DNA from: Eledone cirrhosa
Lineage: Eukaryota
DNA length: 64,000 nt
Direction: 5' to 3'
Assembly: GCA_964016885.1 (NCBI GenBank)
Contig: OZ024758.1
Span: 3,534,001 to 3,598,000, forward strand
Positions within the stretch are counted from its first letter, which is position 1; each line of letters begins with the position of its first letter. Under the pieces are notes generated by a model. It did not search any database and was not told where the DNA came from. It was given only the letters and a program-made list of their open reading frames with translations. The position numbers and the translations under genes were made by a program. This document shows, in pieces, positions 55,559-64,000 of this stretch.

Positions 55559-56948
55559 TTCTCCAGATAATCTGTCGAGTGTTCGAATCTTTTATATATA
55601 TATATGTTTGTTGAATTACCAACAAATTAAATATCCCTTTGCTTATATATATATAGATAGATAGATGTGTCTGCCTTTGTGTGTGAGTGTATTTCTGTGT
55701 GTATATGTGTTTCCCTAAATATTTTGACCTTTCATGCAAAATAATCTTCGATATTTTCTGCAAATATTACGCTCAACTGAAATATTTCTGTCATATGCTA
55801 AGTGAAATTGTGTTTGTTCTGTCATTTATTAATTTAGAATTTGAAAACAGATAACCCTATGTGGGGTCATTGACATAAATAGTTAAGTCACACATATAAT
55901 ACCCAGGAAATGTCTAGCAGTAATTTGGATTAAAGGTCGCAACATACCTTCGAGATTTACATGGGATTTGATGAACAAACTTGTGATGAAAAATATATTC
56001 CTAGTTCTGTGAAATGGAAGGTTGACATTCGAAAGATAAAGATTATCGTATGTTTACAAATGTATGGCGGCAGCACTGTATGTCATATTAATCATATATG
56101 TTGTTAGCATCTTGTCAGATAGAATACATAGAGATATTTAATAATTTGGGGCACTGAAGCATAGTTTCTTACACAAATGAATGTGAATTAAAATACAAAC
56201 AAACACACACACACACACGCACACACATATATATATTTACATTTATATTGTTATACTTGGGGAGGATCATATTGTTGTAACAATATTGCCTTCCACAACA
56301 CCATTACCACTTATGTTGCGAATTTTAATAAGAACAACTATACTAAAATAATAAGAATATCAATTCTTGTAAATATAAAGCTTAATAATAACTTGAAGTG
56401 CTGTAGGCATCTTATCGATTTAATCCATCGAAAAACTATATTATTTATCATACACTTATGTTAGATATAATTGTTGTTATTCTAACAAAAAGGGACATTA
56501 GCTTGCGATTTAAGAGTAGTGAACTAGGTAAATATGTATAGATATCCATCACAGCGTTTTTCTAGATATTACACGAGATAAAGTAGAAACAAACTTTAAA
56601 TAGTAAACAATGCATGGTTATAGATATTTTAATCTATAAAATTCATTGCATGTAGTTATATATTGTAAAAAATTAAATAGACCAAATTACGAGAAGGGAA
56701 GAAAATATAATGTTATGTATACAACTTATTATTTTGCCAATTGTAAATATTTGTTTGAGAGAAAAATTTTAAATATGTCAGCCTTGAAATAGAATTTGCT
56801 AAATTATCTTTTCGATATCATATTTTTTTGTATTTGTTTTCATTTGTCATATATAAATTTGTGAATAGTTGTATGTGTATGCACGTTGTTATAGGCAGTA
56901 AAACAGTGACACAGAGGCATACATACACTCTCACAGGCACACACACAC

Positions 56949-57006
<58 letters not shown>

Positions 57007-57136
57007 TCACACACACATATATATGTATATATATATATTATATATATATACGTATATATCACTTCAGAAGCTCTCTACATTCCAGAACAATATGACCGTA
57101 TCTGCGACCGTATCTGTATCAGTGAGCTGCTCAACA

Positions 57137-57372
57137 TTACCAAACTTAGACCAATTACATCAATTGCCAAGTCAAGAGTACTCAAACTATACGGCCACAA
57201 TAAGATCAACTCGAGGTGTGAGTAGGTTATGCCTGGAAGGATGGTTGACTGGAAAGAGAAGCCGAGGCCGGCAGTTAAAACGATGGCTTGATAATGTCAA
57301 CTTCATGGACTGGACTTGATGTTTGCTCTTTAAACTCTGCTGCTGGTGATCGAAATTTGTGGAGAAGAATAT
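57137..57372 (+). mobile_element. RTE-clade LINE ORF2 3' fragment
   Basis: LCLEGWLTGKRSRGRQLKRWLDNV / SWTGLDVCSLNSAAGDRNLWRRI matches the RTE motif GxRxRGRxxxRWxD...AxDRxxWR. Confidence 0.88.
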
Positions 57373-58051
57373 ATAAAGTCTATTATAATATTGATGTGCA
57401 GTCTACAACTGTTGGAGTTTAGCGTCACAAGAAGATTGCTCAGTTTATGCGGTAATTATTACATATAACAGAATAAATCCACTTTCTTACTTCCTACATT
57501 TATATATTATGCTCGGTTCTCCTAAACATATAGTAACGTCTGCATGGAAAATCTACCATTTAGATTAGCAGAGAATCTATTCTAAACTGTGTAACCTCCC
57601 AGCTGCTACTTCGAATTATTTCCCTGAACATTGTCGTTATATGATAAATTGACCTTTAAAACCACTCCTGTCTCACATCTAGTTCTAGAGAAGTTCATAT
57701 ATGTTCTCTCATTATAGACTTTGTACAGCCCCCAGCCCAGTATTACTCCTCATTATTTCTTATTTTAGTTTCTTTACCTCGTTCCTTCTTTATTTGTTTT
57801 CTTGGTTTAACTTTTAGAAATTCAACCAGGCCATAAACACTGTAAATACCAGCAAACTGCTCATATCAGCGACTGTAATTTAGGGCTCCTGAATTCCTAT
57901 TTCTCTACAGGCATAGAAATATATTAAAGTAGGTTAGTATAACTATTGATAGTGGTTTTTATATAACCCAGTTAGAAGTGCCTTTGTAAATGTTAACATC
58001 CGAGAGATTAACAAATATTGGACATGTACGTTAAGTATTATTTATGGTTCC

Positions 58052-58237
58052 GTAGTGGATTGGCAGTATCGGTGGAGGGTCGGACGCCATGCTTCGCAGT
58101 AGAGGGTTACGCCTCTTTACGTTCTGAATTCAAATCCCGCTGAGGTTAACTTTGCCTTTCATCCTTAATGGGTCAATAAAATAAAGTACCAGTAATGCGC
58201 TGAGATAATTGCTGGCCTTGTGGCAAAAGTAGAAACG
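58052..58237 (+). mobile_element. SINE family A with 14-bp TSD
   Basis: ATTATTTATGGTTC at 58037-58050 and 58238-58251. Confidence 0.93.
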
Positions 58238-58387
58238 ATTATTTATGGTTCGATATTTCACTTTACTAAAAAACGATGAGATCAGAAATTCATTTTTGTT
58301 CACTGACTCTCATATTCACTTATTCATTTCTAAATTTACGTAGATTTATCTCACCAATTCTTTCTCTTCATTTGAACAATAATATAG

Positions 58388-58481
58388 AGTCAATGTTTCG
58401 GAGTATAGTAGAAGACGCTCAATGAAAGTAATTTTCGATGGAACTTTCAATAACGACTCAGCCACTGATAAACCACATAAG
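58388..58481 (+). CDS. Candidate internal exon (phase 2 to 0) VNVSEYSRRRSMKVIFDGTFNNDSATDKPHK
   Basis: tag acceptor downstream of a pyrimidine tract, AAG|gtaaag donor, only one frame open. Confidence 0.3.
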
Positions 58482-58987
58482 GTAAAGATTGAAGCCTAAT
58501 GGAGTGAATTTCAGCTGGCAATGCTAAATATTTTCATGTCACATATCTTGCTGGAAATAGCAGCGAGGACTTAAATATGAAGGTAGTATGGTCTTAGGTA
58601 CATATTACATCTGGAATGCATTTGAACAGATTGGTAAATTTGTTCTCGGAGATAATGAACTGAATATTTGATATAGGGGTTAATCCTTTATAGGAAACAT
58701 CAGTTTGTAAGATATACAGAATATTCAAGTATTATAATCTAACTGTGTAAAGTAATTAGTTTATAGATGTCCTTACTGCATACGTGAGAGTGCTTTATAT
58801 TATATAAGTGTTTATTGAGAGTTACCTAGTTTGACTGAGAGTTAAAGGGCTTAATCTAAGTAGAAGAAACATAACATTTAATTATATCTTCGGACAAATT
58901 AACATTATAAATGCTCTTCATGCAACAACAACTCTTAATAACGGGTATCAAAGTAAGATACTGAGAAATTTAGAATTCAGTATAAAC

Positions 58988-59141
58988 CCTTCTTCCCTTC
59001 TTCTTCCGCCAATTATTCCTGAGAGGGTCGTGGATGCAGAGTCTTCAAGCACTCCTTCCAGTGGGAGCTGTCAGAGGAACTATCTCCAACTGGTCCGGCT
59101 GGATCCCCAAGCGGGACCAGCTAAATTCATGGATGTTATCC
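58988..59141 (-). mobile_element. RTE-clade (Rex3/Expander-like) LINE 3' end
   Basis: Minus strand DNIHEFSWSRLGIQPDQLEI / SDSSHWKECLKTLHPRPSQE* followed by a GAA-rich tail; resembles the Rex3 C-terminal pattern LAWERLGI...LLPPRP. Confidence 0.75.
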
Positions 59142-59924
59142 AACTAACTTGCACGGGATTCTCATATCCGCTTTCAAAATATAGTAGTTAGCAATTTGTG
59201 ATTGATATGGTAAATGCAGAAAAGAGAAACCTCGATCAGCTGCGGCTTTCAAATAAACCACAAAGTACATAAAACTCTCTTTTTCAGAAACAAAATATAC
59301 ATTTGTAGAGTCCCAATTTTTGCTCTGTCTCACGTCCAGTTGGTAGAATGGTTCTTCAATGAAATAATTTGTTTGATTTCTACTAGTTTTGACAAGTTAT
59401 ATTAGCTCAAGGTAAAAGAATACATCACTATGTGACATTTATGCCATTCCTAGGGCCACCTCCCTACACACCACCAGCGACACAGGGTTGGATACCCACA
59501 GGTGTGAGCCTCACGAGATGGAATGGCATCCCAGCGCATCCCCTCACAATCTACCGGGCTAATGCATTCTTCATTCTGTCCACTGGGGCGGTGAGGCAGC
59601 CAACTTGTGAGCCTCTATTTGCTTCATTTGCTCCTAATAATGATAATAGTGAGGGATTGAGAGAGCGGAAGAGAGACAGTGACAGTGGGAGTTTGATTCC
59701 TTTGTGTTCGGACTTGTTATATCTGTTTCACATACTTTATTATATTTACGTAGGTAATGTATCTACAGCTTCTGACATCAAACTATAAAATAAACAAGCA
59801 CATTGTTAGAGTAAAAAATGTGGTTCTGTATAACGTTCTCTCTAAGATTTAAGCCCTACATTGAGGATTTTCTTTTGGTCTTTCAGGGTTCGAAAAATAT
59901 GTACCACTACTATTCTTCATTACA

Positions 59925-60118
59925 GTGGAGACACGAGGTGTAGTGGCAAGGGACTTACGATCATAATGTGGTGGGTTCGATTCCTGGGCGGGGTTTGAAT
60001 GTTGTTCTTGCGCAAAACACTTCATTTCGCGTTGCTCCAGTATACGCAGCTGAAAATGAAAACCAGCAATACCAGAGGGTTTAACTATGTCATGGACTAG
60101 CGTCCTATCCAGGGGGCG
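59925..60118 (+). mobile_element. SINE family B, diverged, tail type 4
   Basis: B box GGTTCGATTCC, CORE-like segment, atggactagcgtcctatccagggg. Confidence 0.78.
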
Positions 60119-62065
60119 CTTTTAGACTGTTTCCTTAGATCGTATCGCCATAAAAATATTGTACAGGAAGAAATTGTTATAGCATGTTTGTATATAGATA
60201 TTCTACTTCATATGAGTAGAATTTAAATGCTTATAATTTTAGATGTAATGATGAAAAGAGATTGCTGACAGATTTAAGAGGTATTCCCGAATATTTATGC
60301 ATTAGAGCTATATTGACAAACTGCCAATGGTTGATATTTGCCTTGATATATAGAAAGATCTGAATAATAAGTATTATTAATATATTAGTCATACAGCAGA
60401 TATGAACTTCCAGAGAAATTTAGTCGTAGATTCGCATTAAATATTCCCAAATGCAAGATAGGTCGATAACAGAACTCATATTTGAACTGGAGTCTACACA
60501 AGGTTATGAATTTAACCCATCCTGTAATAAGCTTTACTTATTCGTAAGGTAAATCCATTTTCATATCGACTTTCTTAACAAATGTTATAACAACATCAAA
60601 CTGAAACTTCATTTTGAAAATTATAAATATATTATCTTTTGGTAATTGTTTTGACTTTAATATTTCTGCTGCTGCTGCTGCAATTTCTACCTTAATTGCT
60701 ACTGAAATTGGTGCCATACCTACTCCTCTTACTGATGATGATAACGATGGCTATGATGGTGACTGTGATGATGTTAATCATCATCATCAACATTATCATC
60801 TACGTCGTTTTCGTCGACGTATTCATCGTTGTCATCGTCATCGTTATCCCCATCGACAGTATTATTCTCACTGTACCTTCTCCACATATATAAACATAGT
60901 CATCAATCATATAACATACATGCTATGATGTGAAGCATGACGTATACTCTCCATGACATTTCCACTTTTCTATAGAAATACGGACAGTTAGTATGCTTTG
61001 TTTTGGGTTCAATTATTTTAATAAATGTAACTTATTTACAGATAAGTTATATGCATATATATATATGCGTATATATATATATAGATAGATATAACCATTC
61101 GTCTTGTTTTATTTTATATGTGTATATATATATATATACATGTGTGTTTGTGTGTGTGTTTGCTTGTGTGTGTATATAAACGCTGAAAGACATTTTTGCA
61201 GCTTCAATTGCCTCTAAAAATTTATGAATACCGTAAAGCAGAAAATCTATTTGCTGAAATAAATATCAACTGTATTGACCTTATCATAGCTGGAAGCTAT
61301 ATGTCTTTTATGTCATTCCTCTAGATTCTTATTGCAAGAATTTCTGTGTGAGAGCGTTATTCGTATACACATATTTTACTCTAAAAATGTCCTTTAAAAT
61401 GGCATAAAAGCCACATACCAAAGTACCTTTCGGCCTTGAAGAATTATAACTTGTGAAAACTAGTAGAAATGTAACACATCATTTTATTGAAGCAAATTTC
61501 TTCCACCGCGTCTTAATGGAGACAACCAAAATGCCTTAATAAATATATAATTGCCTTCTAGAAAAAGAGAAAAATATATATATGTATAGTCCAGCGAGAT
61601 TTTGCATAAGTAATACCAGGAAAATTGAAAAGTTAAGTGTTAATAAAAATATAATAAGAATCATTGACTTACATTATTGCAATTATTTCTGTTAGTATCA
61701 AAGCCTCTCTTGACAGACAGAATATTTTTTATATTGCTTGGCGAAATAGTTTATAAAATATTTCATATAGCTTTGTCATTTGATATTGTTTACGCCGCTT
61801 AAATATTTATAGTAAGTATTCTAATGTTTCTTGAATATAACATATTTCTATTAAATTTAATATTATTTTTCATAAAAATGTAGTCTTCGAAATGGATTGA
61901 CTAATGCACTCTATTTTCCTCCGTCAACTAGAGTATAAATGTTTATAGTTAAACATTGTTTGTATAACTATTACTTGGCTATATAGCGTGTTTTTCATGC
62001 TTCGTTGGTGAATTTAAAAGGAAACGGATTTGTCTTCATGATAACTGAAATAAGAGACCTTATTG

Positions 62066-62462
62066 CTATTTAGCCCTAGATACACTTGGTTCAGTTCTTT
62101 TGCCCTAGATCAATCTTGAGCAGCTATTTAGCCCTAGATCAACATTCTTCTGCTATTTAGTCCTTGGTCAACCATGATCATCTATTTAGCCCTTGGTCAA
62201 CGTTGATCATCTATTTAGCCCTAGATCTATCATGAGCAGCTAGTTAGCCCTTGGTCAACCTTGATTGGCTATCTAGTCCTACACCAATCTTGATCAGCTA
62301 TTTCGTCCTAGATCAATCATGATAATCTACTTAGCCGTTGGTCAACCTTAATCAGCTATATAGCCCAACATCAACCTTGATCAGCAGCTTCGATTTTAGT
62401 TAGCCTAGATCAAGTAGTTATACTATGGTCAATCTTGATCAGCTATTTTGACCCAGATCAAC
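62066..62462. repeat. Degenerate 29-bp minisatellite (~13-14 units, GCTATTTAGCCCTAGATCAACCTTGATCA)
   Basis: Seen directly. Confidence 0.88.
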
Positions 62463-62554
62463 TGTAAGCAAGTAAAATACTTCAAAATGTGTGTCAGCCA
62501 TAACAAGATATTTCTATTAATTATCAAGGACTACTCAATATATTATTACATATG

Positions 62555-62750
62555 ATTTACTTCGGACTGCAGGGATCAATTTGAGCGACACTTTGACTGC
62601 TATGTCTCCATTGTGGAATGAGATTGACTACTATTACATAGAGCTAGGTCATTTACATCGGACTGCGCGGATCAATTTGAGCGACACTTTGACTGCTATT
62701 TCTCCATCGTCGAATGAGATTGACTACTATTACATAGATCAAGGTAATTT
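62555..62750. repeat. 96-bp tandem duplication
   Basis: Units start at 62555 and 62651. Confidence 0.9.
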
Positions 62751-63908
62751 CCTTGCATTGTTATTATTTATTTGAATCTAGAAATGTATGTGGCTATCAC
62801 TTTATATACAATACTTTTCTAATATTTTATGCTTATTTTAACATTAATAGCTTAATTTAAGTTAAGTTATGTCGTCATTTTCTATGATCTACATAATTTA
62901 TCCATTATAAAGTAATAAATATATTTAGACATTATCAGAAAATTCTCTCGGAAACAGGACAACGATGAAAAATGTAGAACAATATTAACAATACTGCCGA
63001 TATCACTGTTCACCAGTTGTTCGTCTGTCTTCTACCTAGGTTCAGTAAGACTCGCATCATTGTGATCATTACATGAATGGCTGATCAAACACAAATCACT
63101 TTGTCAGCTAGTGTAGGAATGATAATTAAATGGATTAAATTTAATTAATTAAATTGATGGCGTCTATCTAAGAAACGGAAACTTCATCAACTTAACAGCA
63201 GACTAAAATATCAAACGCAGATGTGTTGTTGTTATGATGGTGTGTTTTAATCAGATGGAAGTGGTGGTGAGGATGGGTTCCTTTGTTGTTGTTGTTGTGA
63301 TGCAGATGCTGAAACATTATTTTGGTGACAATGATGATGATTGGGATAATGATAATGAAGAAGAGGTCGAACTAGATGAAAAAGACGTCCAGACGAAACG
63401 ACATTGATGATGATGAGGACGAAGTGATAAAAGTAGAGCAAGGGGTGAAGTGGAATAGGTGCAGGAAGAGGAGGTAGTAGGAGGTGAAAGTGCAGTAGGG
63501 GTGGAGGGTGGGGGGATTATGATGACAAAGATTACAATTATTTTTAAAGTATTTATTGATGAAGATTTAAAAAACTGTTTAACATATTTTGACAATAATA
63601 ATACCTGTTAATATATAGTTCGCATGAAATATTTCGTCTGTTACCTGTACTGCAGAAATCTCACCTGCGTCTATTGTTGAGCTTTTAGTTAGGAATTGTT
63701 GAAGTGAGTGTCTAATATTAAAAGTCTTCATTCAACATAAATAATTTCAAATGTTTAATAAAATATATTGTTCAATTCTACGTTTACATATAACATTGGT
63801 TAATGTAATAAACAGAACATGTTTTTGTTGTTTTTATGTTTATTATTGTAGTGATGTATATTTCGAAATGTATCTTTGAAAGTATGCAGACGGACAAATA
63901 TGTATACA

Positions 63909-64000
63909 TTTTCCTATTACCCACTCTACTATACATGTATAGTAGAGTGGGTAATAGGAAAAGAGTTAGGACCCTGACGGCTGAGCTCAGGCCGTTTGGA
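63909..64000. mobile_element. Third copy of the 40733/44915 element, with a perfect 54-bp palindrome; cut by the window end
   Basis: 63909-63962 is a perfect palindrome, followed by gaccctgacggctgagctcaggccgttt. Confidence 0.8.

Noticed and set aside
60243-60280. CNDEKRLLTDLR resembling the N-terminal helix of Cys-loop/chemotactile receptors
   Set aside because: No following RPV, WxD or Cys-loop motifs found in a compatible frame; too short to call.

Overview
AT-rich, repeat-saturated eukaryotic DNA. The SINE families and the density of (TA)n/(CA)n/(CAT)n arrays point to an octopod cephalopod; this is inferred from recalled repeat consensuses, not from a search. None of the long ORFs in the track is a credible gene, as they arise from simple or tandem repeats. 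Supported content: about 15 copies of one tRNA-type SINE (family A, several with clear TSDs), about 9 copies of a CORE-like SINE carrying four different 3' tails (family B), decayed RTE-clade LINE fragments, an intact non-autonomous Helitron, a mariner-type MITE and several minisatellites. Highlights: (1) short (TA)n-embedded elements carrying hammerhead-ribozyme motifs (Penelope pLTR- or retrozyme-like), often as fold-back palindromes; (2) a homogeneous array of 37 x 45-bp units made from the SINE A head and joined to one SINE body; (3) about nine local inverted duplications, two of which turn around at a pre-existing element hairpin; (4) a speculative, phase-compatible plus-strand exon chain encoding a signal-peptide-like protein.
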